DNA of 64,000 bases from an uncultured Gammaproteobacteria bacterium (GTDB lineage Bacteria; Pseudomonadota; Gammaproteobacteria; Pseudomonadales; Pseudohongiellaceae), in the NCBI GenBank assembly GCA_913058135.1, contig CAJXPR010000002.1, positions 12,119 through 76,118 of the forward strand, written 5' to 3'. A program made the position numbers and the translations under genes. The notes under the pieces were generated by a model. That model worked only from the letters and a program-made list of their open reading frames with translations, searched no databases and had not been told where the DNA came from. Below are positions 1 to 10,400 of the stretch, in pieces. Numbering within the stretch: the first letter of the stretch is position 1; each line of letters starts with the position of its first letter.

Positions 1-755
1 AACCGTATCAGCGGATGACTGCTGCTGATCTCCTCAGCGCCATTCTGTTGCTCCCGGTGCGCCTGCGCAGGTCGCATCGTCAGCCCGCCGGTCAATATCT
101 GATATTCGCGCTCGGCGTCCACAACCATTGCCTCGGCGTCCAGAACCTGCTTGTCCGCTGCCAGCAGCAGGCTTTCGACCTGTAACACGTCCATTTCAGC
201 GGCACTGCCTGCCTGTTGCAATCGCCGGGTCATGTCCAGCAGGCGACTGGCATCCTGTTGCGCCATGACCGCACTTGCCATGACCAGATCCGCCTGTTCC
301 AGTTCCGCCAGTGACTCACGCACGCGACCGGCAATCATCAGCTGATACCATGACTGCCAGGCCTGCGTGCGTTGGTTGTAGGCAGATCCGCGCTGCACTG
401 CATCGCGCCGCTCACCAGGGCGCCATAGCTGCAGCTGCAGGCCGGCTTCCAGTTCACGCTGGCCAACATCACTGAGCAGGGAGTCGTTAATGACAGTGGC
501 TTCAAGCGAGGGTGCACCCACGATCCAGCGCTGCCCCAGGGTGCGGTATGCCGTTGCCTGGTCAGCAGCAGACGCTGCCAGAGCTTTTTCCGGCGCGGCG
601 TCCAGTGCGGACTGCATAACTGTCCGTGCATCCAGCTGTTCGCTGCGGGCAAGGGGTTCGTGATCAATCCCCATGGCCTGGGTATTAATCGCTAAAGTCA
701 GCACAGCAGCAATGCAGGATGTCAGCCGTTTTGCTGACAGAACAGAGTGTTTCAC
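1..755 (-). CDS. Outer-membrane efflux protein (TolC/CzcC-type OMF), N-terminal part; the 3' end runs off the window
   Basis: Manual translation from GTG at 755, preceded by AAGGAG 8 nt upstream. It gives VKHSVLSAKRLTSCIAAVLTLAINTQA|MG (signal peptide), then heptad-like OMF sequence (...VESLLLAADKQVLDAEAMVVDAEREYQILTG...), open to position 1. It is not in the ORF track because no stop lies in the window. The listed 338..667 ORF is a different frame. Confidence 0.6.
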   Translation of the reverse strand, partial: MKHSVLSAKRLTSCIAAVLTLAINTQAMGIDHEPLARSEQLDARTVMQSALDAAPEKALAASAADQATAYRTLGQRWIVGAPSLEATVINDSLLSDVGQRELEAGLQLQLWRPGERRDAVQRGSAYNQRTQAWQSWYQLMIAGRVRESLAELEQADLVMASAVMAQQDASRLLDMTRRLQQAGSAAEMDVLQVESLLLAADKQVLDAEAMVVDAEREYQILTGGLTMRPAQAHREQQNGAEEISSSHPLIR

Positions 756-806
756 ACAATCACTCCTTACAGTTTGGATAAGGTCATGGCGGTAGTGTAC
801 GCAGGC

Positions 807-828
807 AAATGTCGAAATTTTGTCGACC
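807..828. promoter_or_regulatory. Direct repeat TGTCGA-N5-TGTCGA (11-bp periodicity); candidate OmpR-family response-regulator box
   Basis: aaaTGTCGAaatttTGTCGAcc, with repeats at 810-815 and 821-826. It lies in the divergent intergenic region between the efflux gene start (755) and the response-regulator start (964). OmpR-type regulators bind direct repeats one helical turn apart. Confidence 0.3.
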
Positions 829-963
829 AGCTGATCAATGGGCCATTTCAATGATCCAGATCAAGAAGCCAGCCCAAAGGGCTTCATTACCGCCAAAAGA
901 ATTGACAAATTTTTCGCAACTTCCGTGGCAGAATGTGTCTATGCAAATATCAGGACCGCACAG

Positions 964-1653
964 ATGAGAATACTGATCGTTGAGGATAATCGCGATATCG
1001 CGGAAAACATTGCCGACTATCTTGAGCCTCTGGGCCACACTCTCGATTTTGCCGCCACCGGGCACGGCGGTCTGCAATTGGCCATCACCAACACTTACGA
1101 TGTCATTGTCCTGGACATCATGCTTCCTGGTATCGATGGTTTGTCAGTGTGCCGTTCGTTGCGAGAGCGTGGCGGAACAGTTACGCCAATCCTGATGCTG
1201 ACCGCACGCGACCAGATCGATGACAAGCTATTGGGATTCGCCGCGGGTGCAGATGACTACCTGATCAAACCATTTTCCATCAGGGAGCTGGAGGCCCGGC
1301 TTAAAGCACTGGTCAACCGTCATGAACGTCAGAGCACATCAGGCACCGTGAATCTGGGACCATTACAATTTGACCCTGGCACTCTGCGCGCCGAGCGCGA
1401 AGGCGTTGTGCTGGATCTGAATCCTATCCAGCGCAGACTGTTGGAAGTGCTGATGCGCAATTCGCATCGGGTCGTGACCCGGTCCGAACTTGAGCATGAA
1501 GTCTGGGGTGACAATCCTCCTGACAAGGATATTCTCAGAACGCACATCTATGCATTGCGCAATGTGATAGACAAACCCTTTACAGACAAACTTCTTCATA
1601 CTGTACACGGCACCGGCTACCGATTGTCCGAATCTGCAGACTCCAGGAAATAG
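964..1653 (+). CDS. OmpR-family two-component response regulator
   Basis: MRILIVEDNRDIAENI..., VIVLDIMLPGIDG receiver motif, and a winged-helix C-terminus (...LRTHIYALRNVIDKPF...HTVHGTGYRL). The start is taken at the internal Met of the 838..1653 ORF, where the receiver domain begins. Confidence 0.9.
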   Translation: MRILIVEDNRDIAENIADYLEPLGHTLDFAATGHGGLQLAITNTYDVIVLDIMLPGIDGLSVCRSLRERGGTVTPILMLTARDQIDDKLLGFAAGADDYLIKPFSIRELEARLKALVNRHERQSTSGTVNLGPLQFDPGTLRAEREGVVLDLNPIQRRLLEVLMRNSHRVVTRSELEHEVWGDNPPDKDILRTHIYALRNVIDKPFTDKLLHTVHGTGYRLSESADSRK

Positions 1654-1658
1654 TCACC

Positions 1659-2954
1659 ATGCATATCACCGATACGACTACTCCGGACAGTGCGCTCAGT
1701 TTGAGAGCGAGATTGATCCTGGCAATAGTGGTTCTGGTCACGCTCATCAGCAGTGTTTTTGTCGTCGCCATCTGGGAAATCAAGGTCCGTCTGGAAGCCG
1801 TCGCCTTTGGTCATATGGCTGAGGAGCAATTGCAACTGATGATGGCGGTGTCAGAGGGCCCGGGCTCGCTTGACATGCGACTGCTGCCGGATTGGCAGCT
1901 CTATACCGGCCACGCCCTGACGACAATGCCTGTCGCATTTGCGCAGCTTCCGCCTGGCTCTCACCATAGCGTCAGGGTGGACGATAGTTACTATCAGGTT
2001 CAGGTAAGTGACCAAAGCGGATACCCGGCAGTGCTGACCTATGACATCACCGAGTGGGAAAATCAGGAGCACTGGGTCTTATTGTTAATGGTACTGGGAG
2101 TTGTACTGGTGTTGGCGGTCACCATGATCTCTGCGCTCAAAGCCTCAGCAGCAGTGTTGGCGCCACTGCGACAACTGACAGAGCGCATTTCCGGTATTCA
2201 GCCTCAGCAGCGCGGTATTCGTCTCAGTGCTGAATTTACGGGCAACGAAGTTGGTCGTATTGCGCAGGCGTTTGATGCCTACCTGGAGCGATTGGATGGG
2301 TTTGTCTCACGCGAGAAATATTTCACCACGGCTGCCAGTCATGAGTTGCGCACACCATTGTCGGTGGTGGTCGGTGCGGTTGAAGTACTGGAATCACAAT
2401 CATCATTGAGCCAGGGTGACGCGGCGGCGGGTCGTGCAATCAATCGAATCAAGCGTGCATGTCATGACATGCTGGGCTTTATTGAGGTCAGCCTGCTGTT
2501 GTCCAGGGAAGAAGCGCGGCCGCTGCAGCCCTCCTCGCCAACACCGGTACAGCCGCTGGTGGCGCATCTGATAGATGAGCTGCGACCTCAGCTTGAGGAG
2601 CGCAACACGCACGTGACTGTTGTGACTGAAGCACCGTTGCAACTGAACGAATCCGAAAGCCTGGTCCAGATCGTGATCAGCAACCTGCTGCGCAATGCGG
2701 TAGAGCACACCATCAATGGTCACATCACGGTGCACATTAAATCGGAAGCTATTGAGATCAGCGATAACGGTGAAGGCATTGCCGACGATAATATGGAACG
2801 TGTATTTGAGCATAGTTTCAGCACCAAAGAACGGGGAAACGGACTGGGGCTGAATCTCGTGCGGCGTCTGTGCGAACGTTTAAGCTGGCAGATTGATCTG
2901 CAAAGTGAACAAGGCAGGGGCACGCAGGTGCGAGTGACTTTTCATCCTCGCTGA
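1659..2954 (+). CDS. Sensor histidine kinase (2 TM, HAMP, HisKA, HATPase_c)
   Basis: H-box FTTAASHELRTPL, N-box LLRNAVEHT, G-boxes DNGEGI and GNGLGLNLV. Two hydrophobic segments flank a periplasmic loop. It starts 5 nt after the regulator stop. Confidence 0.9.
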   Translation: MHITDTTTPDSALSLRARLILAIVVLVTLISSVFVVAIWEIKVRLEAVAFGHMAEEQLQLMMAVSEGPGSLDMRLLPDWQLYTGHALTTMPVAFAQLPPGSHHSVRVDDSYYQVQVSDQSGYPAVLTYDITEWENQEHWVLLLMVLGVVLVLAVTMISALKASAAVLAPLRQLTERISGIQPQQRGIRLSAEFTGNEVGRIAQAFDAYLERLDGFVSREKYFTTAASHELRTPLSVVVGAVEVLESQSSLSQGDAAAGRAINRIKRACHDMLGFIEVSLLLSREEARPLQPSSPTPVQPLVAHLIDELRPQLEERNTHVTVVTEAPLQLNESESLVQIVISNLLRNAVEHTINGHITVHIKSEAIEISDNGEGIADDNMERVFEHSFSTKERGNGLGLNLVRRLCERLSWQIDLQSEQGRGTQVRVTFHPR

Positions 2955-2959
2955 CCCTG

Positions 2960-3268
2960 TCAGGGCTGATGTGAATCAAAACGCTGCAGCCGCCGCAGCA
3001 AGGCTTCATTTTCGCTTATGAGGCGATCCCGCTGCTCCAGTAACTCTATGACCAGCGCGATGCCCTGCCAATTCAATTCCAGATCCTGATGCAGACGCCG
3101 GGCACGCTGCACAATGCAAAGACACTGATCATCAAACAGCCACTGCTCCGGCGCCTCTCCCTGAGGTTCGACGATGCCATGATCGACAATGTCGATCACC
3201 GTCTCCCGGCTCAGACCTGTGTGGCTGCAGACTTCCTGCAAGGTGATATGAATGTCCATGTGAATCAA
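2960..3268 (-). CDS. cbpM: Chaperone-modulator protein CbpM (MerR-like fold)
   Basis: ITLQEVCSHTGLSRETVIDIVDHGIVEP...WLFDDQCLCIVQRARRLHQDLELNWQGIALVIELLE matches E. coli CbpM along its length, and the gene lies immediately downstream of cbpA. ATG at 3259 is an alternative start (TTG at 3268). Confidence 0.8.
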   Translation of the reverse strand: MIHMDIHITLQEVCSHTGLSRETVIDIVDHGIVEPQGEAPEQWLFDDQCLCIVQRARRLHQDLELNWQGIALVIELLEQRDRLISENEALLRRLQRFDSHQP

Positions 3269-3297
3269 CTCCAGTCGTTGCCTGGACCCCGAATAAG

Positions 3298-4238
3298 TTA
3301 CGTTTGTTTGCGGGGATTAAAATCGGCCTGCTGTTCCGCCAGTTGCTGCCAAAGCTTTTTGGTCGCATCGTTGGTTGCAGGCGGCATGACCACTTTCAGC
3401 ACCGCGAACAGGTCACCGTTGCCGGACTTCATCGGCAGTCCCCGACCCTTGATACGCAGGCGCTGACCGGATTGGCTGTTGGGTGGAATTGTCAGCTGAA
3501 TTTTACCCTGTAGTGTCGGTACCGCAATTTTTGCGCCCAAGGCCGCTTCCCAGGGCGCCAGCGACACTGTCGTGAGCAGATTATGGGCTTCAACGTCAAA
3601 CAGCGGATGCGGCACCAATCGCACTCTCAGGTAAAGATCACCCGAAGGTCCGTCGCCCAGGCCGGGGGCACCCTGCCCTTTCAGACGAATACGTTCGCCG
3701 TCCGCCACCCCTTTGGGTATTTTGATTTTCAGCGTCTTGGTGACGTCTTCCAGTCGTTGGCCGTGCGCGTCATAATGCGGCAAATTGTATTTAATCTGCT
3801 TGGATTCTTCCGCGAGCGTGTCTTCCAGAAAAATCGGCATTTCCACCTCGATATCCCGGCCCCGGCTACGGAACCCACCGGTGTCGCCAAAGCCCGAGGC
3901 ACGTTGGCCAAAAATCGACGAGAAGAAATCCGAAAAATCCTCTTCCTGGAAACTGCCATCCCGGGTGCCACTGAAACCACCGGCGCCACCGAACCCGCCC
4001 GCACCCGCGCTGCGTTGGCGCCCGCCGTATTTGCGGATTTCATCATACTCGGCGCGTTTTTTTTCATCACCGAGAACTTCGTAGGCTTCGGCCACTTCCT
4101 TGAAGCGCTCGGCAGCATCGGTTTCGGCACTCACATCCGGGTGGTATTTACGCGCAAGTTTGCGGTAGGCAGTCTTGATCGCCTTCAGGTCGGCATCAGC
4201 CCGACGCCCAGAATCTTGTAGTAATCCTTAAAATCCAT
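3298..4238 (-). pseudogene. cbpA: Curved-DNA-binding protein CbpA (DnaJ-like), with an apparent 1-nt frameshift after codon 13
   Basis: The long ORF (3298..4134) encodes ...[43 protein letters not shown] plus the CbpA C-terminal domains. It has no in-frame start upstream of the HPD motif. ATG at 4238 encodes [13 protein letters not shown] in another frame and stops after 17 codons. The length 941 nt is not divisible by 3. Confidence 0.7.
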
Positions 4239-4258
4239 GTAACAAAATCAACCTGCTG

Positions 4259-4762
4259 TTATTGGACAGACACCGGTGGTAGCTGAGAAAGCTCACCAAA
4301 CATATCCATCGTCGGCAAATCAGGTTTGAATGCCATGTGACAAGCCTCACAGCTTTCCACCAGTTCGTCACCCGCGCGTCTAATCAGGGTCTGGTCACGA
4401 GAACGAGCGGAACTGACGGCTCGGCGGCCGGCCTCACTCATCTGTTGCGCGTATTGGTTCCAGGCCGGATCCGCAACCCATTCATCGTCCAGGGGCCCGG
4501 TGCCCGGGAATTGCAGCAGGGCCCCTCCCACTTGGATCTGATAAGCCAGGCGCTCGACTTCTCGCCATTCGGCGTCGGTTTGAGGTTGATCCCAGTCAGC
4601 ACGCCAGATAGGGTCGGCGGCATGATTAACAAGGGCGACCATGACTTCATTCAGGCTAATAGGCAAGCGAACCTGTTCAGCATTTGAGCCAGAGTCGCTG
4701 GAACAGGCTGTCAATGTTGCAACAGCGGCGATCGTGAGCATTGTCGTCTTGATAGAACGCAT
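4259..4762 (-). CDS. Lipoprotein, class II (cytochrome c'-like) c-type cytochrome
   Basis: MRSIKTTMLTIAAVATLTAC lipobox. A single CEACH haem motif lies close to the C-terminus, followed by ..FKPD, as in four-helix-bundle cytochromes c'/c-556. Confidence 0.6.
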   Translation of the reverse strand: MRSIKTTMLTIAAVATLTACSSDSGSNAEQVRLPISLNEVMVALVNHAADPIWRADWDQPQTDAEWREVERLAYQIQVGGALLQFPGTGPLDDEWVADPAWNQYAQQMSEAGRRAVSSARSRDQTLIRRAGDELVESCEACHMAFKPDLPTMDMFGELSQLPPVSVQ

Positions 4763-4898
4763 GCGAAGTTCCTCCAGATTGCCACGAATCGCGGCACCTA
4801 CGTTTGCCAGCATTTACCTGACCTGCATCTTACCTCTGCACTCGTCCTGCAACATGATCCGGATCAATGTTCCGCTATTTGCTCAACACGTGAAAGAT

Positions 4899-5786
4899 TC
4901 AGTTGCCGGCCGGTTCGTTCGCCATGGGTCGCTCAGGATCCATCGCCCACTCGGTGATGCTCTCGGCGTACAATCGGGTATTGTCATACCCACCCAACTC
5001 GCTGAGGGCAAACCAGTCGATAGAGCCCAGGTGGCCGGTATTGCAGAAAGTCACTGTCAGATCGGCATCCCTGGCAACGGCGCTGTCCAGCATGGCGCTC
5101 AGTTCGTTCCCCGTCTTCATGCGATTGCCATCGAACATCTCGGCAAAGCTCAGGTTAGTGGCGCCCGGCAAGGTCCCGGCGCGGGCTGCTGAAGCCTGTT
5201 CTCCGGTAAAATACGGTTGTGGACGAGCGTCAACAATTTGCGCAACACCACTGTCAACCAGGTCTTCCATTTGCTCTGTGGTCACTCGATACTGGTCGCT
5301 CCATTGCGGTTGAAAGTCCGACGCGCTGACCATCACAGGTTCGTTACTGACCGGCAATCCCGCCGACTGCCACGCAGTAAACCCGCCGTTGAGGATGGCC
5401 AGAGTATCAACACCGAGCGATTTCAGCGTCCAGTACACGCGAGTCGAGGCGCCCATGTCGACGGCGCCGCTGCCCTCATGTACCAGTACCACCGGGGTGT
5501 CAGCGGCAATGCCCAGTCCCTGCACGATACGCGTCAGCTCTGGCAAGGCGGGCAGTTGGCCGGCATTGTCTTCCGGCCCACGAAATTGCCCGTAGGGCGC
5601 AGACACAGCACCGGGAATATGACCTTCGTCGTAGCTGCCGGTCAGATGTACTACACGGACATCTGCTTCGCTGTCCAGAAAGGCAGACAGCTGCTCGGGG
5701 GTCAGCAGCGGGGCCCAGCCTTGTGGTGCAGCAAAAGCGACGAGAGGTGAAAGGACCAACGATAACAATAGCAAAATACGTCTCAT
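4899..5786 (-). CDS. Periplasmic tandem-rhodanese sulfurtransferase (thiosulfate/3-mercaptopyruvate type)
   Basis: Signal peptide MRRILLLLSLVLSPLVAFA, two rhodanese domains, and active-site loop FCNTGHLGS in the second domain. Confidence 0.85.
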   Translation of the reverse strand: MRRILLLLSLVLSPLVAFAAPQGWAPLLTPEQLSAFLDSEADVRVVHLTGSYDEGHIPGAVSAPYGQFRGPEDNAGQLPALPELTRIVQGLGIAADTPVVLVHEGSGAVDMGASTRVYWTLKSLGVDTLAILNGGFTAWQSAGLPVSNEPVMVSASDFQPQWSDQYRVTTEQMEDLVDSGVAQIVDARPQPYFTGEQASAARAGTLPGATNLSFAEMFDGNRMKTGNELSAMLDSAVARDADLTVTFCNTGHLGSIDWFALSELGGYDNTRLYAESITEWAMDPERPMANEPAGN

Positions 5787-5883
5787 ATCAGATCACTCCG
5801 AGTTCGATACTCAGTCAATAGCGTGGAGTACACAATAATCCTAATTTGGCCTGTTGTGCAATTCCTGCGCATGATCCGGATCA

Positions 5884-6090
5884 TCAATGCCCTTCCTGGC
5901 GTGCCACCTCCTTTCGGGCGCCAACACCGGCGGCCCACAACGCGATGGCAACAACTACGCCGACTGAGGCGCCGTAAACCACACTGCCGAGCACCAGTCC
6001 GAAACCCAGACCGGTACTCAAGCCCACCCCGACAGCGATGCCAATGTTGCCGCGCCGTCGACGTACTTTCTTCTCTGTCTTCGATTCCAT
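5884..6090 (-). CDS. Small Gly-rich membrane protein (68 aa)
   Basis: ATG at 6090 is preceded by AAGGAG with a 6-nt spacer. MESKTEKKVRRRRGNIGIAVGVGLSTGLGFGLVLGSVVYGASVGVVVAIALWAAGVG contains two glycine-zipper-like TM segments. Confidence 0.45.
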   Translation of the reverse strand: MESKTEKKVRRRRGNIGIAVGVGLSTGLGFGLVLGSVVYGASVGVVVAIALWAAGVGARKEVARQEGH

Positions 6091-6194
6091 GGAGTTCTCC
6101 TTGTATCCAGGTTTGTTTGTTGTAACAACCCTGTGACGGGAATACAAGGAAAGGCACCAGCCTGCCCCGCCATGTAATAGTAACCAGACCCCGG

Positions 6195-7439
6195 TCAATC
6201 CGGGCGGAACAGTGGCTCGATACGGCGGGGGCTGCCATCGTTGCGGGCCGGGACGATACCCAGCGTGCGAGTGAGGATGCCATAAATATCCACCACGTGT
6301 AGAGGTTCAACGGTCACGCCTTGTCGGAAAGCCGGACCCGAGACGATAAGCCCGGCGTGCATGTCACGATGCTGCGGTGAAAAACCGTGCGTCGCCCGAG
6401 GTCCGCGGAATTCGATATCGCGTTTTGATACCAGCCAGCCGTTGTCTGGCAAGATAATCAGATCAGGCGCCCGCTGCGGATGCGACAGACGAAACCAGTC
6501 AGGGAACTGGGACTTGCGATATACACGCATCCGCGGATGCGCCAAAGCCAAGGCCTGATATACCTCCTCAACGGCGATATCGTCGCCGTAAAACGCAGCA
6601 AATACTGCATTGCCCTGCCGTTCGCCGCTGAGCTGGGGGCTATGCAAGTGGGAAAAGTCAACGTAGTCGTCGAGATAAATAATGCGATCGCCAGACAGAT
6701 CCGTCATGCCATGATCACCCACGATTACGATGTTCATCTGCGGCAGCAGCTCACGCGCCTCCAGGCCCTTCAATAGATGGGCTACAACTGTATCGACCTC
6801 CGCCAATACCTGGCGCTCCTCGGCACTGTCTACCCCGGCATCATGGCTGGCAGAATCGACGGCTTCAAAATACAGGCTGATAAAACCCGGTCGCTGCGAC
6901 TCAGGCAAATCCAGCCAGTCCAGCACCTGCTGTACGCGCTCGTCGTTGGACACGTTGCCATCAAACTGGCGCCAGTAGCTGGGGGGCGTATCCGCAACCG
7001 GCGCTGCCGACCCTACCCAGAACATGGTTGCTGCGCGCACGCCCTGCTGCTCTGCAGTCACCCAGATGGGCTCACCCTGAAACCAGCGCGCATCGTTCTG
7101 GTCACTCATGCGAAACGTCGTATCGAGCTCGGGGGCGTAAGTGGTATTGTCCATGACGCCATTGTTTTCCGGATACAGGCCGGTGGCAATGGCATAAAAA
7201 TTGGGGAACGTTTTGGATGGCAATACCGGGATCAGACCCTGCGCCCGCACCCCCTGCTCTGCCAATCGGTTCAGTGTTGGGGCCGGGTGCCGGTCGATGA
7301 TGTCCCAGCGCAATCCATCAATGCCAATCAACAGCGTGATGGGCTGGTTATCAGGCTGGTCGGCAGCCGTCGCCGATGTTGGCAGCGAGACCATAGCCGT
7401 GCAGATTACCAGCACCATGGCAAACACCCGGATTTGCAT
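6195..7439 (-). CDS. Nucleotide pyrophosphatase/phosphodiesterase (NPP, alkaline-phosphatase superfamily), exported
   Basis: LLIGIDGLRWD, nucleophile motif PSKTFPNFYAIATG, and GDHGM. Signal peptide MQIRVFAMVLVICTAMVSLPTSATA. Alternative start at 7472. It lies directly downstream of the TonB-dependent receptor stop (7477). Confidence 0.85.
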   Translation of the reverse strand: MQIRVFAMVLVICTAMVSLPTSATAADQPDNQPITLLIGIDGLRWDIIDRHPAPTLNRLAEQGVRAQGLIPVLPSKTFPNFYAIATGLYPENNGVMDNTTYAPELDTTFRMSDQNDARWFQGEPIWVTAEQQGVRAATMFWVGSAAPVADTPPSYWRQFDGNVSNDERVQQVLDWLDLPESQRPGFISLYFEAVDSASHDAGVDSAEERQVLAEVDTVVAHLLKGLEARELLPQMNIVIVGDHGMTDLSGDRIIYLDDYVDFSHLHSPQLSGERQGNAVFAAFYGDDIAVEEVYQALALAHPRMRVYRKSQFPDWFRLSHPQRAPDLIILPDNGWLVSKRDIEFRGPRATHGFSPQHRDMHAGLIVSGPAFRQGVTVEPLHVVDIYGILTRTLGIVPARNDGSPRRIEPLFRPD

Positions 7440-7476
7440 CCGGGTGTGCCAAAGGCTGCGCAAGCAGGTCATCAGT

Positions 7477-10400
7477 TCAGAACTCAAACTGAATACCCAG
7501 ACGTACCTGCCACAGAGACTGGGTCTCCTGCAGATCGCTGACACTTCTGGCGTTGAAACGTTCAAACACGTATTGACCCTGATCGTTGAGTGACTGAGTG
7601 ACCACATCCGGGGAGAAGAACTGGGCATCATACTGATGACCCCACTCATCGTTGATCATATTCAGCAGGTTATAGACTTTAACATACACGCGCGCATTGG
7701 CGCCGCTGAAGAATACCGGCAGCTCCTGGTCCAGACGCAGATCCATCCGCGATGTCCAGCGCGAGTAAAAGTCATTACGTGTCTGGAAGCCCTGGCTCAG
7801 GCCGTTGGCATCCACAAAGTCAGAGAACGCAGCGACATCAAAGTTCGGACCGACTACTACGTTGGGGTCATTCGGACCCGGGACATAAAGCAGGTGACGA
7901 CGGTTGCTGCTATTACTGCCTTCCAGACCGCGGCTGCTCATGACATAACTTTGTGGCTGACCTTTCGCCCGGAACCACTGCACTGTGGCACGGGTTTCGT
8001 AGCCGGGCAGGAACTCCCGACCGTAACTGACCCGGGCGGTAAAGCGGTGCGGCGTTTCGTAGTTGGACGTGCCCGCTGAAGGATTGTTGATATCCGACAG
8101 GGCCAGGTTGGTGAAGTTTGAGCCTGCCACCGACGAGGTCATCGGGCTGAGATCTTCAGCCTGGGTATAGGCATAACCGAAGGTCCAGTCCAGACCCCAG
8201 TCATAGGTCTGGCGCGCCAACAGGGACAGTGAATGGCTCTTCGGCGATTCACTGGAGTTGGTCAGCATGTAATTGCTCTGGCCACGCACGTTGGCGTAAA
8301 TCGGTTGCCCGGCGGTCGTGGTATTTACGACATCCTGCGCCACATCAACGTAGAACGCCGGATCGTTGGCCACCGAGTACAGGTAGTCACCTTCCAGCGT
8401 AGTGCCAGTGGGCAACAGGTAAGTCGCGCCCAGGGCAAATTTCCACTCGGAGGGTTGTTCGTAGCTCGGGTCAATCAGCACCAGGAAGCTGTTGGACGCG
8501 CTGGCTGCGGTAGTGGCAGCCACCTGATCTCTCAGGGCCTGCGGCACGTCATAACCGGGACGCTGGCTACCGCTGAGCACATAGTCACCCAGCACCGACA
8601 GGTTGCCATTATTGCGGTCGCGAACCTGCACATTGGACAAACCGTCATTACTCCAGGCATTGGAGAGCCACACGTTCGGGTTACCACCTGAATACAGGCC
8701 CAGCCCGCCACGTACCGTCAGGTCATCAGCTGCTTCCCAGGTAAAGCCCAGACGCGGCATCAACAGATCCAGACCGTCTACATTCGAATCGTTTCGCAGA
8801 CCGCCATTAAGGTCAGTAAAAGTCTGGTTGAACTTGGGACGGTCATCACTGGTGAACCAGTCATAGCGCAGTCCGGCGACCAGGGTCAGTGCGTAGTCAT
8901 CCAGGCGGAACTCGTCCTGCACATACACGGTGTTCAGTACATTACTGAAGCTCGCCGCGGCGTCATCCGGGTTATTGGTGCCGCCGCCGCTGCCGTAAAA
9001 GATGTCGGTGGGGATACCTAATTCAAAATGGTCAATGCCGGTCAGACCACACGCCGGGTCTGCCTGGCGGCCCAAAGCCGTCAGTGAATCGCAGGATGCC
9101 GGGTTATTGGCAGACAGGTCTTCAAACCGGTATTCACCACCGCGAGCGTGCTGCAGGAACTGGTTGAACACAAACAGGTCGTCACGCTCGTAGCCGACCG
9201 TAATAACATGGTCATTCCACAGGTATTCTGCTGTGAGTTTCATGAAATCCGACTCAGTCGCCAGACTGTTGGCCTGCCGCGAATCGTCGGCGCCCAGATA
9301 AACAGTGTTGCTGCCCATATAGATCTGCATCTCAGCAAAATCCTGGGGACCAACGGTGACCTGGGAGTCATCCATGGTGTTGCGGCTGATAAACAGATCA
9401 GTCGACAGCGCACTGTTCCACTGCGACGACAGCTTAAAAGTCACGGTTTCGGACTCAGAGCCTTTACGGTAGAAGTGATTGGCAAACTCAAATTCGTTGC
9501 TGTCCGAGTCGGACGCCCGGTCTTCGATACCATCGTAATAGTTATAGATGACTGTGGCATCATGCTGTTCGCTGATATTCCAGTCCATGCGCAGCATGTA
9601 TTTCTCTTCGGTCTGTGCGCCATCTGATGGCATGCCACCGCCATCGTAGGCATACAGATTCGAGGCGATATCGCTGATACGGTTAAAGTCAGACTGGCTC
9701 AGCCAGGGGCGTTCCACACCGTTGCCGGAACCGGCAAAACCCTGTGCGATAAATTCGGGCGTCTCGGTTTCTTCGTAGGCGCCGAAAATAAACAACCGGT
9801 CGCGAACCAGTGGTCCACCCAGGCTGAAACCGCGTTTCTCTTCTTTAAAGTCCGGGCTGCTGAACGTCGATTCGTCGCCGTCCACGGTCAATGAATCGCC
9901 GCGCATATCCTGGTTGTTGTATTCGTAGAACGCGGTACCGGTAAAGTCATTACCACCAGATTTGGTTACCGCGTTGATGTTGCAGGCAGTAAAACCGCCG
10001 TAAGTGACATCAAACGGCGCAAGTTCAACTGCGACCTGGGATACGGCTTCAAATGGGAAAGGCATGCCGGTTGCCGTTGAATAGCCGTTGCTGTTCAGGC
10101 CAAAGCGATCATTTTGACTGACGCCGTCAAGGCTGACACTGTTGTATCGCGGGTGTTTGCCAACACAGTTGATAGCTGAGTCGCTATCCAGGTTCAGACG
10201 GGGGTCGTAAATGAATACGTCCTTGATGTCGCGATCAAAGGCAACAGATGTCTCCAGGTCGGATGTCGAATAGGTCGCGGCCGGCCCTGACGCCACATCA
10301 ACAATATTGCCGGAACGACCAAATACCATGATCTCCTCAACCGGCGCGGTGTTCATGTCTATGGAAACATTGTAAATATCACCCAGGGCAATCGAATCGA

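Noticed and set aside
338-667. 109-aa minus-strand ORF from the track
   Set aside because: It is the wrong frame. The same strand in another frame gives an uninterrupted TolC/CzcC-like protein with a signal peptide and RBS (GTG at 755). The 109-aa translation is Trp/Arg/Pro-rich and not protein-like.
5783-6310. 175-aa minus-strand ORF spanning the rhodanese / NPP gap
   Set aside because: The translation is Arg/Trp/Cys-rich and overlaps the NPP gene 3' end. The region is better explained by the RBS-supported 68-aa Gly-zipper membrane protein (5884..6090) in a different frame.
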